Part shown: positions 1-10,983 of the stretch, one piece after another | How positions within the stretch are numbered: position 1 is the first letter of the stretch | How the letters are laid out: each line of letters starts with the position of its first letter | NCBI GenBank assembly: GCA_046331665.1 | Contig: JAXLQK010000023.1 | Location: forward strand, 36,692-100,691 | DNA from: Terriglobia bacterium | GTDB taxonomy: Bacteria > Acidobacteriota > Terriglobia > Versatilivoradales > Versatilivoraceae | Length of the DNA stretch: 64,000 nt | Reading direction: 5' to 3' | Notes under the pieces: generated by a model | Database searches by the model: none | The model's input: only the letters and a program-made list of their open reading frames with translations | What the model was told of the DNA's origin: nothing | Translations under genes and position numbers: made by a program

Positions 1-44
1 AGAACCGTCCCAAGAGAAAAGAGTCCGGTTCACTCCATGTCCGG

Positions 45-668
45 GTGAAACAGATTCTGACGAAACTCAAGAAGGAGTATCCAGACGTGCGCTGTGCGCT
101 CGAACATCAAAATCCCTTTCAGCTCCTGGTTGCCACGATTCTTTCGGCACAATGCACTGATGTGAGGGTGAACCAGGTGACTCCTGCGCTCTTCCGGAAG
201 TATTCCACCGTCCAGGCCTTTGCGTCAGCCCTCCCTTCTGAATTGGAGAAGATGATCCACTCCACCGGCTTCTTTAGGAACAAGGCCAAAAACATCATCG
301 CCGCGAGTCAAAAAATTGTGAATCTGTATGACGGCCAGGTTCCGCGGAACATGGAGCATCTGCTCTCCTTACCGGGGGTCGCTCGCAAAACAGCCAATGT
401 CGTCTTAGGAACTGCCTTCGGGATCGAGTCTGGTGTCGTTGTAGACACCCATGTCTTTCGGCTCACCCACCGCCTGGGTCTCACTGGGGCCAAGACACCG
501 GAGAAGGTTGAGATCGATCTCATGAAGTCGATTCCCAGAAAAGAATGGATTGGCTTTTCGCATTACCTGATTCATCACGGACGGAAAATTTGTTTCGCGC
601 GAAAGCCTTCCTGCAACCAGTGCGCCCTGGAGCAATTGTGCCCCAAGATCGGCGTCCAGAAAGCTTAG
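45..668 (+). CDS. nth: Endonuclease III (DNA glycosylase/AP lyase)
   Basis: 207 aa. HhH-GPD fold with helix-hairpin-helix (LPGVARKTANVVL) and a C-terminal 4Fe-4S cluster motif (CX6CX2CX5C: CFARKPSCNQCALEQLC). GTG start. Confidence 0.9.
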   Translation: MKQILTKLKKEYPDVRCALEHQNPFQLLVATILSAQCTDVRVNQVTPALFRKYSTVQAFASALPSELEKMIHSTGFFRNKAKNIIAASQKIVNLYDGQVPRNMEHLLSLPGVARKTANVVLGTAFGIESGVVVDTHVFRLTHRLGLTGAKTPEKVEIDLMKSIPRKEWIGFSHYLIHHGRKICFARKPSCNQCALEQLCPKIGVQKA

Positions 669-720
669 GCGAGCGTCCATCGCTTTCATCCAAGTCCGTA
701 TCGATTTCTCACCGCACTTT

Positions 721-1320
721 TCAGCCGGATGGACTCTTTTCGTTGCCCAGCCGGAGACGGCGTTCCAACAGCATCAGACCGATCATTGCCTTGGCGTCGC
801 AGAGTTTCCCCGAATCCATCCAAGATAAGGCCTCTTCCAAAGCCACCCAGTGAGCTTGAATCTCCTCACCTTCGTGCAGAAGTCCGTGAGTTCCCAACGG
901 AGCTTGCGGGTTATCGACTTCTCCCAGGAAGAGGATCACTTTGTCTGAAGACCCGCCCGGCGCGAAAAAATACTCGGTCAAGTATTCGCATCGTTTCAGG
1001 CGCAACCCGGTTTCCTCCTGCACTTCACGTCTGGCTACGTCTTCGGGGCGTTCGTTTTCTTCGGTCATTCCGGCCACGCATTCCCAGAACCAGCCCTCAC
1101 CGGACCTGGCAAAGACTGGATAACGAAATTGATTAATCAAGAGAACTTGCCGGTGAAGAGGTTCATAGATCATGACGGCAACGGCATCCCCTCGAAAATG
1201 ACGAAAACGGGAAATGACCGGGCTCATGGTCCCGTTGAATCGCTCAAACTGAAGTTCGGCTTTTTCCACCTTAACGTAGCCTTCGTACTCAAGCTTCTTT
1301 TGATGAATGCTTACTTTCAT
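721..1320 (-). CDS. NUDIX hydrolase (ADP-ribose pyrophosphatase-like)
   Basis: 199 aa. Nudix box GX5EX7REVQEETG (GMTEENERPEDVARREVQEETG). Confidence 0.85.
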   Translation of the reverse strand: MKVSIHQKKLEYEGYVKVEKAELQFERFNGTMSPVISRFRHFRGDAVAVMIYEPLHRQVLLINQFRYPVFARSGEGWFWECVAGMTEENERPEDVARREVQEETGLRLKRCEYLTEYFFAPGGSSDKVILFLGEVDNPQAPLGTHGLLHEGEEIQAHWVALEEALSWMDSGKLCDAKAMIGLMLLERRLRLGNEKSPSG

Positions 1321-1425
1321 ATTCTTGATCGATTCCTCAACTCAGGAAATGTGAAAAGCTTGCCATGCATTCCGATGGTAACGGGAATGTGCTCTCATAA
1401 AAACAACTGAAATTGGTACCGCATT

Positions 1426-2034
1426 CTATGATGTCGAGTGCGAATGAATCCATTGGACAACCCGATCGATACCCGATGGATCCTTCCCTCCTTCGAGCAG
1501 GACAATTTCTGCCAGCTCTTTTCCGGGCTCCACATACTTGAGATGCATGGGACGAACAGTCCGCAGATATTGCTCCACGACAGACTCTACGGTTCGGCCC
1601 CGATCACGGACGTCGCGCCTCATTCGGCGGATAAAACGCAGATCGGCTCCAGTGTCTACGAAAACTTTGAGGTCAAACAGATCCCGCAATCCGGAGTCAT
1701 GAAAAATCAAAATCCCTTCCACTATGATCAGCGGCCTGGGCTCCAATTTTTGCGTGCTTCTCGATCGGCGGTGGCAGGAGAAATCATATTCAGGGCATTC
1801 GACCGGCTGATGACGTTGCAACGCTCGCACCTGCTCGATCAAGAGTTCGAAATCAACCGAATCAGGATGGTCAAAGTTGATCGCCGCACGCTCCTCCAAA
1901 GAAAGAGTAGGGTAGTCGCGATAGTAGGAGTCTTGGGTCAGCACGACGGTCTGCCCTTCCCCGAGCGATTCCACCAGCTTCCTGGCAACCGTAGTTTTTC
2001 CCGACCCTGACCCGCCGCAAATTCCAATCAACAT
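1426..2034 (-). CDS. udk: Uridine kinase
   Basis: 202 aa. P-loop GICGGSGSGKTT at the N-terminus. Full-length resemblance to the Udk/PRK family (QDSYY, DHPDS motifs). Confidence 0.85.
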   Translation of the reverse strand: MLIGICGGSGSGKTTVARKLVESLGEGQTVVLTQDSYYRDYPTLSLEERAAINFDHPDSVDFELLIEQVRALQRHQPVECPEYDFSCHRRSRSTQKLEPRPLIIVEGILIFHDSGLRDLFDLKVFVDTGADLRFIRRMRRDVRDRGRTVESVVEQYLRTVRPMHLKYVEPGKELAEIVLLEGGKDPSGIDRVVQWIHSHSTS

Positions 2035-2037
2035 GAG

Positions 2038-2898
2038 CTAACCCAATCTTAAGATTTCCCCACAAATACAATGACGCCATTGCTGCAGGGCAGGTTCCCG
2101 TTTTGCCGCCGTGGAGATCACCTCAGCATGGCTCAAGGGCTGGCGGGACAACCCGGCAGCAAGATTCGTCATTAATGAGACCCCCAGGCATTCCACGCCC
2201 ATCTGCCGGGCTACCATGATCTCCGGGACCGTTGACATTCCGACGGCATCGCCGCCAAGGCGGCGGAGCCAACGGATTTCTGCAGGCGTCTCATAGCTTG
2301 GCCCGGAAACGGCTACATAAACTCCTTCCTGCACCTTCAGTCTTAATTTCCTGGCCCAACGACTTGCGATTTGACGCAATCGTAGCGAATAACACTCACT
2401 CATATCGGGGAAAGAGAACCCTTGGCTTTGCGGCTGACGCCCGACGAGGGGGTTGGGAACAAACAGGCTGACATGATCGGAAATCAGCATGAACTGTCCT
2501 GGTCTTAATCGAGGATTCGCTGCCCCGGCGGCGTTGGTCACAACTAACTGCTTTAGACCGAGCGCCCCCAAAACTCGCACGGGCAGAGTGATCGTGTGGA
2601 CCGAATGGCCCTCATACAAATGAGCCCGACCCTGCAGGCAAAACAGCCAGCCCCCGGAGTGCCTCGCCAAGACAAGGTTGCCCGCATGGCCAGCCACCTG
2701 GGGCGTTGGAAAATGCGGTATCGATTCATACGGAATTATCCATTCAATTTCCAGAGACTCTGCAAACTGACCCATACCCGAACCCAGAATGACCGCGAGT
2801 TTCGGAGGATTCTTGAGCCTGCCCTTTTGGAATCGCGCTCTGAGAAATCGGATGGCTGCCTCCGCCTGACGCTGGTCAAGCGGGGTTGAAGACCGCAT
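2038..2898 (-). CDS. Purine nucleoside phosphorylase / MTA phosphorylase family (PNP family 2)
   Basis: 286 aa. Conserved PNP/MTAP motifs (VGMSTVPE, SLMTNLAAG, VVTNAAGA). Follows udk with a 3-bp gap on the same strand, consistent with a nucleoside salvage operon. Confidence 0.8.
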   Translation of the reverse strand: MRSSTPLDQRQAEAAIRFLRARFQKGRLKNPPKLAVILGSGMGQFAESLEIEWIIPYESIPHFPTPQVAGHAGNLVLARHSGGWLFCLQGRAHLYEGHSVHTITLPVRVLGALGLKQLVVTNAAGAANPRLRPGQFMLISDHVSLFVPNPLVGRQPQSQGFSFPDMSECYSLRLRQIASRWARKLRLKVQEGVYVAVSGPSYETPAEIRWLRRLGGDAVGMSTVPEIMVARQMGVECLGVSLMTNLAAGLSRQPLSHAEVISTAAKREPALQQWRHCICGEILRLG

Positions 2899-3092
2899 GG
2901 GAACCTCGGTTCGCCAGACACTTTTGGAGTTACTGGAATGAAGGGGATTTCGGAGTGCATGTTCTGCAACTGCAAAACTAGATTAGAAGGAGAGGCCGTA
3001 AGAGTCAAGCAGGCTTGCCTTTCCGCAATCCCTCTGCTACCTTCATAGCTTGAATTACTACCTGTTTCACTCCAGGGAAGAGGTCAACTCCG

Positions 3093-3788
3093 ATGGAGGA
3101 ACCGCCCCAGACTTCACTACAATCGGGAATTGGAGGTCGTGTTTCTTCTCCTGACTTGCCGACTTCAAAGTTCGACCCGGCATTTTTTGCTTCACTTAAA
3201 GGCAGAGACGGGCTTCCCCAACGTTACCCGATCCTTACTCTTCACCTGATGGTTCAAAGTCCACACCGGGTCTTTGCATATTGGGAAGTCACCTCCGAAC
3301 GGCTTGAAGAGGTCCTTGCCCCTTTCCCGAGTGAAGAACATTCTTTGTTCCGCTTGATCTTGAAGTGGATGGAAATCGGCCACAGAAATGGTACTGTTTA
3401 CGACTCTGGCGGTGCTTCCGAATGGTGGTTCCCTGCCCGCCCGGGTCGGCGCTATTGCGCTGAGCTCTGTTTACACTCGGAAGAATTTGGGACTGTTTCT
3501 GTATGCACTTCCAATGAGGTGGAGACGCCGCACGCCGAGTTGGCCGAAAATCTCCCGGATCACGCCGAGTCTCCGGAAACCTCGCAATGCCTCTCCGCCT
3601 TGGCCAAGCTTACGGGGTTAACTCGGGAAGTTCGTGAACGTGGCGATCTCGAAATTCCGGTCAAGACACAAATTCGCGGGGGACGGCCGGATCAGCTACC
3701 GGACGTTGCCGGACCGATGATCAAGGCGGGCCGAGTAACAACGAATCGGCCAACGAGTTATTTTGGGGTAGCCAGAGAGGCTGAATGA
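3093..3788 (+). CDS. Hypothetical protein, possibly DUF4912-like, translationally coupled to glgB
   Basis: 231 aa ORF. Its stop overlaps the glgB start by 4 bp. No recognisable catalytic motif. The DUF4912 assignment is from memory of families found next to glycogen genes. Confidence 0.4.
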   Translation: MEEPPQTSLQSGIGGRVSSPDLPTSKFDPAFFASLKGRDGLPQRYPILTLHLMVQSPHRVFAYWEVTSERLEEVLAPFPSEEHSLFRLILKWMEIGHRNGTVYDSGGASEWWFPARPGRRYCAELCLHSEEFGTVSVCTSNEVETPHAELAENLPDHAESPETSQCLSALAKLTGLTREVRERGDLEIPVKTQIRGGRPDQLPDVAGPMIKAGRVTTNRPTSYFGVAREAE

Positions 3789-6022
3789 TAGGCAATTCGA
3801 TGCATGGCGAGATGGATAAGATTATTCGCTCTGAGCATTCAGATCCGTTTCACATTCTGGGTGCGCATGTCGTGGAAGTGATGCCGGAGGATGGGGCGAC
3901 ACCCCAGTCTGTCGTCGTCATTCGCGCCTTCTTGCCCGAAGCCCGGGAGGCTTGGATTGTTCCAACTGGCCAAACTCAAGTCCCGGTCCCCATGCCCAAG
4001 ATTCGTGGGGAAGGGTTTTTCGAAGTGGTTTTTCCCGACCGCCGGCAGCCCTTCCCTTACGAGATCCGGCTGGCAGATCAGGAAGGAAAGCTCTCGCAAT
4101 TCATCGACCCCTATAGCTTTCCCCCGGTGCTCACCGATTTTGATTTGCATCTCATGGGCGAGGGGACCCATTTCAAAAAATACGAGAAGCTCGGAGGACA
4201 CCTCCACACGATTCAAGGGGTCAGCGGAGTTCATTTCGCTGTTTGGGCCCCCAACGCGGCCCGGGTCAGTGTCATCGGAGATTTTAATCATTGGGACGGG
4301 CGACGGCACCCCATGCGAGTCCGCGGGAACAGTGGGCTTTGGGAAATCTTTATTCCCGGCTTAGAAGAAGGCTGTATTTATAAGTTTGAGATTAAGTCGC
4401 GATGGAACAACTCTCTCACCATCAAAGCTGATCCGTATGGAGCCTATTTCGAAAAGCCGCCAAAAACTGCCTCCATTGTCCATGACACAAGCCGGTATGT
4501 CTGGCAGGACCGGGATTGGATGGAGAAGCGGCCAACCAGGAATTGGCTGGATTCTCCCGTTTCCATCTATGAAGTTCATTTGGGCTCCTGGATGCGAGCT
4601 ACCGAAGAGAACAACCGGTATCTCACTTACGATGAATTGGCCGATCGCCTCATTTCCTATGCTTGTGATTTGGGATATACCCACCTCCAGCTCCTCCCGG
4701 TGATGGAACATCCGTTTGATGGCTCCTGGGGGTACCAGACCATAGGATATTTTGCCCCAACCAGCCGATTCGGAACCCCAGAACAGTTCAAGGCGTTCGT
4801 TGACCGCTGTCATCAATCGGGGCTGGGAGTATTACTGGATTGGGTCCCCGCGCACTTCCCCAAGGATGCTCACGGATTAAGTTTTTTTGATGGGACCCAC
4901 CTCTACGAACATGCAGACCGCAGACTGGGAGAACATCAGGATTGGGGAACACTCATCTTCAATTACGGTAGAAACGAGGTTCGCAACTTTCTTCTTTCCA
5001 ATGCTCTGTTCTGGCTGGACCAATACCACATCGACGGCCTGCGGGTGGACGCGGTAGCCTCCATGCTCTACCTCGACTACTCGCGCCAGTCGGGTGATTG
5101 GATTCCCAACATGTATGGGGGGCACGAGAACCTGGAAGCCATCGAATTTATCAAGCGCTTCAACGAAGTTGTTCACCAATACCATCCGGGAGTCCTGACC
5201 ATCGCCGAAGAATCCACGGCGTGGCCCATGGTTTCACGCCCCGTGTACCTGGGGGGGTTGGGATTCAGCATGAAATGGAACATGGGCTGGATGAATGACG
5301 TGTTGTCGTATTTCGAGAAAGACCCGATCTACCGGAAATTTCATCAGAACAACCTGACCTTTGCCTTGATGTACGCCTTTACGGAGAATTTCATCCTGCC
5401 CCTGTCCCATGATGAAGTAGTCCACATGAAGCGGTCCCTGCTGGACAAAATGCCTGGATATTTCATGGAAGACAAATTTAGCAATCTTCGCCTGCTTTAT
5501 GGCTATATGTATGGGCATCCCGGGAAAAAGCTTCTTTTCATGGGCGGCGAGTTTGGGCAATGGAATGAATGGAATCACGATGCCGGCCTGGACTGGAATT
5601 TGTTGCAGTGGGAATCCCACCAAAAATTACAGAAGTATGTCCATGACCTGAATCACCTTTACCTCTCTCAGCCTTCGATGTACGAGGTAGATTTCCATTA
5701 CGCCGGGTTTGAGTGGATTGACTTTCATGACCATGACAACAGCGTCGTCAGCTTCCTGCGCAAGGGCAAGAACCCCGCCGATTTTCTGGTCTTTATTTAT
5801 AACTTCACGCCGCTGGTAAGAGAACACTACCAAATCGGGGTACCCGGACCGGGGATGTATGAAGAAATCATGAATAGCGATTCCGCCTACTATGGCGGCC
5901 GCAATGTTGGCAATCTTGGAGCCATTCAAGCCCTGGAAGTCTCCCGAGGCAACTGGCCGTGTCAGCTTACCCTAACGCTGCCCCCGCTGGCCATGCTTGT
6001 CCTGCAACGTCGAGCCTCCTGA
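3785..6022 (+). CDS. glgB: 1,4-alpha-glucan branching enzyme, GH13 type
   Basis: 745 aa. N-terminal CBM48 and a GH13 catalytic core with the canonical GlgB regions ([33 protein letters not shown]). Confidence 0.95.
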   Translation: MIGNSMHGEMDKIIRSEHSDPFHILGAHVVEVMPEDGATPQSVVVIRAFLPEAREAWIVPTGQTQVPVPMPKIRGEGFFEVVFPDRRQPFPYEIRLADQEGKLSQFIDPYSFPPVLTDFDLHLMGEGTHFKKYEKLGGHLHTIQGVSGVHFAVWAPNAARVSVIGDFNHWDGRRHPMRVRGNSGLWEIFIPGLEEGCIYKFEIKSRWNNSLTIKADPYGAYFEKPPKTASIVHDTSRYVWQDRDWMEKRPTRNWLDSPVSIYEVHLGSWMRATEENNRYLTYDELADRLISYACDLGYTHLQLLPVMEHPFDGSWGYQTIGYFAPTSRFGTPEQFKAFVDRCHQSGLGVLLDWVPAHFPKDAHGLSFFDGTHLYEHADRRLGEHQDWGTLIFNYGRNEVRNFLLSNALFWLDQYHIDGLRVDAVASMLYLDYSRQSGDWIPNMYGGHENLEAIEFIKRFNEVVHQYHPGVLTIAEESTAWPMVSRPVYLGGLGFSMKWNMGWMNDVLSYFEKDPIYRKFHQNNLTFALMYAFTENFILPLSHDEVVHMKRSLLDKMPGYFMEDKFSNLRLLYGYMYGHPGKKLLFMGGEFGQWNEWNHDAGLDWNLLQWESHQKLQKYVHDLNHLYLSQPSMYEVDFHYAGFEWIDFHDHDNSVVSFLRKGKNPADFLVFIYNFTPLVREHYQIGVPGPGMYEEIMNSDSAYYGGRNVGNLGAIQALEVSRGNWPCQLTLTLPPLAMLVLQRRAS

Positions 6023-6025
6023 CCC

Positions 6026-7633
6026 ATGTGCCGCGGCAGACTGGCCCTGGTCCTTCACGCTCACCTGCCTTTTGTGCGCCATCCTGAGCATGATTCCTTC
6101 CTGGAAGAGGACTGGCTGTTTGAAGCCATCACCGAGACTTATATCCCTCTGATCCAACTCTTGCAAAGGCTGGTCCGCGACGGGGTGACATCCCGGCTTA
6201 CTCTCTCGATATCCCCGACGCTCGCCGAAATGCTGGCCGACCCGTTTCTGCAGTCCCGTTATCACCGCTATCTCACCAGCCGCGTCGAATTGGCAGAGCG
6301 GGAGATTTCACGAACCCGGCATGACCCGGACCTGCATCCACTTGCGATTCTCTACCGACGCAATTTCCAGGAAACCTATTCCTGCTATGAATTCCGCTAT
6401 CATCGTCAACTTCTTCAGGCCTTCGTGGAACTCCAGGAACAGGGGATCGTCGAAATCATTACCTGTCCCGGCACTCACCCCTTTCTCCCCTTGATCTCGA
6501 AGGAAGAGGTCCGCCGAGCGCATCTGGAGGCCGCTCGAATCACCTACCAACGCCACTTTCAGAAACCGCTAAGGGGACTGTGGCTCGCGGAATGCGGTTT
6601 TGAGCCCGGGATGGATTTCCTCATCAAGCAAGTTGGGTTTGAGTATTTCACCTTGGACACCCACGGGATTATTTTTGGCAATCCTCGTCCCGCTTCTGGT
6701 GTCTATGCGCCAGTGCGAACTCCGGCTGGCACCATTGCCTTTGGACGGGATTTGGAGTCCGCTCTCCAGGTTTGGAATTCCAAAATCGGGTTCCCCGGAG
6801 ATCCCTGCTATCGGGAATTTTACCGGGACCTCGGATTTGATGCGCCGTATGACTATATCCGTCCTTTTCTCCATCCAGACGGCGTCCGAAGAAATGTCGG
6901 CATCAAGTACTATCGTATTACAGGGGGAGAGGATTTGAGCCGGCGGGCTCCTTATGATCCCCAGCGAGCGCAGTTGCGCGCTCTCCAACATGCTGGTTAT
7001 TTCCTGGATCAACGCCGGGAACAGCTAGAGCGTCTAAAACATTCACTTCGGATTGACCCGCTGATCGTCGCTCCTTATGACGCCGAGCTCTTCGGTCACT
7101 GGTGGCATGAAGGTCCCATCTTTCTGGAACAATTGATGCGGGAGGCCGCCCGGAACACCAGAAACGTGCGCCTGGTCAGTTTATCTGAAGCACTCTCAGA
7201 AAGTCCCGACCCCGCACCGCTGGCTCCCACCGGTTCGAGCTGGGGAGACGAAGGCTATTACCAGGTTTGGCTCAATGAAAAGACCGAGTGGCTCTACAAG
7301 CACCAACATTGGGCGGAGCAAGTCATGATCCAGCTCGCCAACCAGTTTGAAAATGCGCAAGGCTGGATTCTTCGCGGGTTGAACCAGGCAGGACGCGAGC
7401 TCCTGTTGGCCCAGAGTAGTGATTGGGCATTCCACATCACGGCAAGTCATTCGGCTGGGTATGCCGAACGCCGGTTCTCCGATCACCTGATGCATTTCCG
7501 GATCCTGCGCGACGGGCTCCTGCAGAATCGAGTCGACACGGCTCACTTGTGTGCCCTTGAAGAAAGAGACAATCTCTTCAGGACGCTCGACTACAGGGTA
7601 TTCCGCTCTGCGCGAATTGCTTCCATCCCATGA
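6026..7633 (+). CDS. Glycoside hydrolase family 57 protein (GH57 glucan branching enzyme-like, DUF1957 C-terminus)
   Basis: 535 aa. GH57 N-terminal signature (LHAHLPFVRHPE, EAITETYIPLI) and a C-terminal DUF1957-like region. Starts 4 bp after the glgB stop. Confidence 0.85.
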   Translation: MCRGRLALVLHAHLPFVRHPEHDSFLEEDWLFEAITETYIPLIQLLQRLVRDGVTSRLTLSISPTLAEMLADPFLQSRYHRYLTSRVELAEREISRTRHDPDLHPLAILYRRNFQETYSCYEFRYHRQLLQAFVELQEQGIVEIITCPGTHPFLPLISKEEVRRAHLEAARITYQRHFQKPLRGLWLAECGFEPGMDFLIKQVGFEYFTLDTHGIIFGNPRPASGVYAPVRTPAGTIAFGRDLESALQVWNSKIGFPGDPCYREFYRDLGFDAPYDYIRPFLHPDGVRRNVGIKYYRITGGEDLSRRAPYDPQRAQLRALQHAGYFLDQRREQLERLKHSLRIDPLIVAPYDAELFGHWWHEGPIFLEQLMREAARNTRNVRLVSLSEALSESPDPAPLAPTGSSWGDEGYYQVWLNEKTEWLYKHQHWAEQVMIQLANQFENAQGWILRGLNQAGRELLLAQSSDWAFHITASHSAGYAERRFSDHLMHFRILRDGLLQNRVDTAHLCALEERDNLFRTLDYRVFRSARIASIP

Positions 7634-7645
7634 ACGCCTTTGAAC

Positions 7646-7930
7646 CTGTAGCGGCGGTCTGTGACCAAGTTTGTCCAAATTAGGTTTTCGGCTTTCGTAA
7701 TAAGGTAGCCGCGATTGCCGATCTTATCCAGGCAATCGCGGGATTGCATTCGTAAATTATCGGCGAAAGGCCCGCGATTGAAGGTCCACAATCAACCTTC
7801 AATCACGGCTACCAGCTCACTTCTGTAGCGGTGGTCTGTGACCGCCGAATCCCAAGTGGTTCGTCTGATCTCACTTCTTCGGCGCTCATAGAGCGCCGCT
7901 ACAACAACGGATTTTTCGCCGCTAAAGAGC
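7646..7930. repeat. Composite palindromic MITE-like repeat, copy A: family core plus a nested second palindromic unit
   Basis: CTGTAGCGGCGGTCTGTGACC at 7646-7666. A second copy of this arm with a loop follows at 7823-7850, then GGCGCTCATAGAGCGCCGCTACA at 7881-7903. Between them, 14-bp inverted repeats GGTAGCCGCGATTG (7706-7719) and CAATCACGGCTACC (7800-7813) enclose two further perfect palindromes (CCGCGATTGCC...GGCAATCGCGG and CGATTGAAGGT...ACCTTCAATCA). Confidence 0.7.
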
Positions 7931-8016
7931 CGAACCAATTATTCTTAATCATCCTGACTGCCCTAAACGATATAAGGATATAAGAATTTGCCAACAGCCG
8001 GAAAAAGGGAGGACTC

Positions 8017-8544
8017 ATGGTCCCCGGAACTGAAGTGCCATCAGATCATCCTGTTCGGCAGACCTTTCAGGCTCTCACGGAGCGGGGTTCGCAACAGACG
8101 AAACTCGCGGACCGTGAACTTCACAATTACCTGTCAAACCTTCTGGTGGACTTTATTCATGTCGACCAACTTTACAGGATGCGAGACGAACACGGCCGCC
8201 GGCTGGAGTACATCGTAGACATGCTTCGCAAAGTTGAAGAGCATGGTGAATTTGACAAGAACGAGATCTACAAGCAGGTTGGGGATTTTTCTCTCTTCAT
8301 TCTCGGACTCTTTCCAGAAAGCCTCCACCGGGGCCGCAAATGCATTAGCTTGAACTACTATGCAGATCAGGGGCGGCGTTCCTATCTGATCCTTTCTGAA
8401 ACGCAACGCGCAGAACAGGCTTGTGTGACTTTCCGAAAACTATCGGAACAATACGAAAGTTGTGTCCACACGCTGAATTGGGTGCGGAACTATATTTCCG
8501 ACCCGTTCTATCAATATATGCTGCGGGAATTCGACTGCCTGTAA
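8017..8544 (+). CDS. Hypothetical protein
   Basis: 175 aa ORF. A good RBS (AAGGGAGGA) sits 7 bp upstream of the ATG. No recognisable family. Confidence 0.5.
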   Translation: MVPGTEVPSDHPVRQTFQALTERGSQQTKLADRELHNYLSNLLVDFIHVDQLYRMRDEHGRRLEYIVDMLRKVEEHGEFDKNEIYKQVGDFSLFILGLFPESLHRGRKCISLNYYADQGRRSYLILSETQRAEQACVTFRKLSEQYESCVHTLNWVRNYISDPFYQYMLREFDCL

Positions 8545-8886
8545 GAATCCGCTTTCCGAAACAATCTCCTGAATTCATCTCCCACGCCATCGGCCTGCGA
8601 CGTTGAATCCGGTTTTCCTCATAAATCCTTGGGCCCTTCTGATATGATTTTCCCCTTCGCGAGAACCCCTCGCTTGATGAGGTCTTCGCTATAAGGAATC
8701 AAGGGGTGACCTTTCGCGAGTCTCAGCTTAACCAATAGAAAATGGTTTGCCGCATCAGCAGACCCTGAAGCCACTCAACAGATCAATCCACCTGGAGCCC
8801 GTTTTCAAATGCCAAGATTCTACTTCCCCTGCATCTCCTTCTTTTGTGAAAAGACGCGGCCCTCGGCTTCAAACTTTTTTCACTCG

Positions 8887-10983
8887 ATGAAGCCATCTTG
8901 GAGGATCCTTCGCATCGCGTGTTCAGCCCTCCTTTTTTACTCAATGCTCCTGGGCGGCTCCATCAGCCTGGCGGGGCCACAACCCATGCTCGAAAACAGT
9001 TTTCTGCGCGCGTCCTTCAATGCAAATACAGGTCTACTCTCAGGACTTCTAAACAAACTCACCGGAGAACCTTTGGGTATGATGGAGGAAGGTTTCTCTT
9101 TCGATGCCGAGGAATTTCGGCTTGCATCGGACAACCTGAAGCTAAAATCCCTCCAAAAAGTGACCGCGGAAAGTATCGAGGTGGTATACGGCTCGGATCG
9201 TTTGGAAGTGAAATCAATCTATAGCCTGGGGAAAACTGATCACTTTCTGCAAAAGAAGCTAGTGGTCCGTTCCTCAACCCCCTTCGGCTGGAAAAGTGTC
9301 CTGGTGAGCCGGCTCCATTTTGCCAATGGCAGCCTCCGCCTCTTTCGATATCCTCACCAAAAAACGGTGACTTGGTTTGGTCGAACGCCCAAGGGTGGAA
9401 TTTTTGCAGGTTTGGAAATGCCGTTCGATGACTCAGAGCTGTGGGGGACCACCTTGAGCCTTGGTTACGCTCCCAGCCTGAAAGTCAAGGCGAACGAATG
9501 GCTGGAGACAGAGCCCCTTTCTTTCGGCATCTACAAGAAAAAAGCTTCGGATCGCGAAGTGTTTGGTCTGCCGCTGGATTCGGAGTCCGAAGCCATGGTC
9601 GCGATGACTCAACGTATATTAGGGCCGCCGCGCCACGGATTCGTTCCCATGGCCTGCGGCTACTGGTGCGAAATGGAACATTTCGAATACCGCGATGAAA
9701 AGGCTCTGCAGTCTGACTTGCGCGCGATGGAGGTGATTCGAGGACTTGGGATCGATTGGATCACCGACAACATCCCCTGGGGAGGAGAAATTGACGAAAT
9801 GAATCGCCTTACACTTCAGGACGGATATCAGCCAGGGGCAATGGCCTCCCAAAAGTATCAATACGCGCAAAGCATCGGACTGAAGATGGCCTTTTGGCCA
9901 ACCATGAACAATTCGCATCCCTGGTGGGAGAAAAAAGGACGTCCTTTTTTGCCGGAAAAACCCGAGTGGACGATGTTCCCGGAAAGGCGCCGGCTGAAAG
10001 GGACTTTTCTTTCGGGGAAGTTCTTTTTCCAGAATATCCAGGGAAACTGCATCGCCAACCAGCCCTTTCGGGACTGGATCAATCGATTAGACCTGGACGG
10101 GATGAAGACTGGTTATTTCCCTGCCTGGGTGATGGATGGAGATTTTTTCGGAGGTGGGGGAGTAATCACCCGCGTTGATTGTCCCAGCAAAGAACACGAT
10201 CATCTCCGTGGCGATGCCACCTACGCCTGTGATCGCGCGCTGCGCGAGTTGATCGCCAATGTCAGGAAATCCAAGCCGGACACCTATATTACCGTCTGCC
10301 GCCCTCCCATGGACCAGGGCGTTTTCTCCCAGCGCAATGTGGATGCCGTATTCACCATCGACGAATTGGGCGAACCTGAGAGCCTCCCGGGCCTGAGCGG
10401 TCAATCCATCAACATGATGCTGGGGGACAAGATTCGGCGCTGGTCGCGGATCAGAGTTCACCATCATTTCTTCCCGCACACCATCGATTGGCCGCAGGTG
10501 TTTGTAGGTCCACCGTTGATGGGTCCACCGCACGGCCGTCCCTGGACCAGTCAGGATATCGATTATATCCTGCTGAGCGCCCTCTCCAGTTCCCCAAACC
10601 AGCTCTACTACATTCCGGCCAAGAGCGGCTTGCCGGAAGCCGATAAGAGGGAAATCCAGAAATGGCTGGAGTGGGGCCGAGCTCACGAGGCCTACCTCAT
10701 GGTCCGGAAGGATTTGCCCGACTGGCCTGAGGCTGGAAAAGTCGACGGGTCCGCTCATCTGCTGCAAGATCAGGGCTATCTGTTTCTGTTCAACCCGAAT
10801 TCCGACCCTAAGAGTGTCAGCTTCAGGCTCGACGAGTCGATCGGCCTCACCCGGGGATCGCGCTTCACCCTCATTGCCGAATATCCTGCCGCTCCATCGA
10901 TGCCTGGATTGCAACGAGGGAAACTCGTCCATTGGACCGTGCCCGCAAGGAGCGCGATGATTTTGAATCTGAAACCAGAATGA
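8887..10983 (+). CDS. Secreted hypothetical protein (about 700 aa), possibly a glycosidase
   Basis: Long ORF from 8809 to 10983. The likely start is MKPSWRILRIACSALLFYSMLLGGSISLAGP, a signal peptide. No diagnostic motif recognised. Confidence 0.55.
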   Translation: MKPSWRILRIACSALLFYSMLLGGSISLAGPQPMLENSFLRASFNANTGLLSGLLNKLTGEPLGMMEEGFSFDAEEFRLASDNLKLKSLQKVTAESIEVVYGSDRLEVKSIYSLGKTDHFLQKKLVVRSSTPFGWKSVLVSRLHFANGSLRLFRYPHQKTVTWFGRTPKGGIFAGLEMPFDDSELWGTTLSLGYAPSLKVKANEWLETEPLSFGIYKKKASDREVFGLPLDSESEAMVAMTQRILGPPRHGFVPMACGYWCEMEHFEYRDEKALQSDLRAMEVIRGLGIDWITDNIPWGGEIDEMNRLTLQDGYQPGAMASQKYQYAQSIGLKMAFWPTMNNSHPWWEKKGRPFLPEKPEWTMFPERRRLKGTFLSGKFFFQNIQGNCIANQPFRDWINRLDLDGMKTGYFPAWVMDGDFFGGGGVITRVDCPSKEHDHLRGDATYACDRALRELIANVRKSKPDTYITVCRPPMDQGVFSQRNVDAVFTIDELGEPESLPGLSGQSINMMLGDKIRRWSRIRVHHHFFPHTIDWPQVFVGPPLMGPPHGRPWTSQDIDYILLSALSSSPNQLYYIPAKSGLPEADKREIQKWLEWGRAHEAYLMVRKDLPDWPEAGKVDGSAHLLQDQGYLFLFNPNSDPKSVSFRLDESIGLTRGSRFTLIAEYPAAPSMPGLQRGKLVHWTVPARSAMILNLKPE

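Noticed and set aside
10087-10932. 281-aa ORF on the minus strand
   Set aside because: It lies entirely antisense within the 724-aa secreted protein gene. Such antisense open frames are expected in GC-rich DNA. It has no motif.
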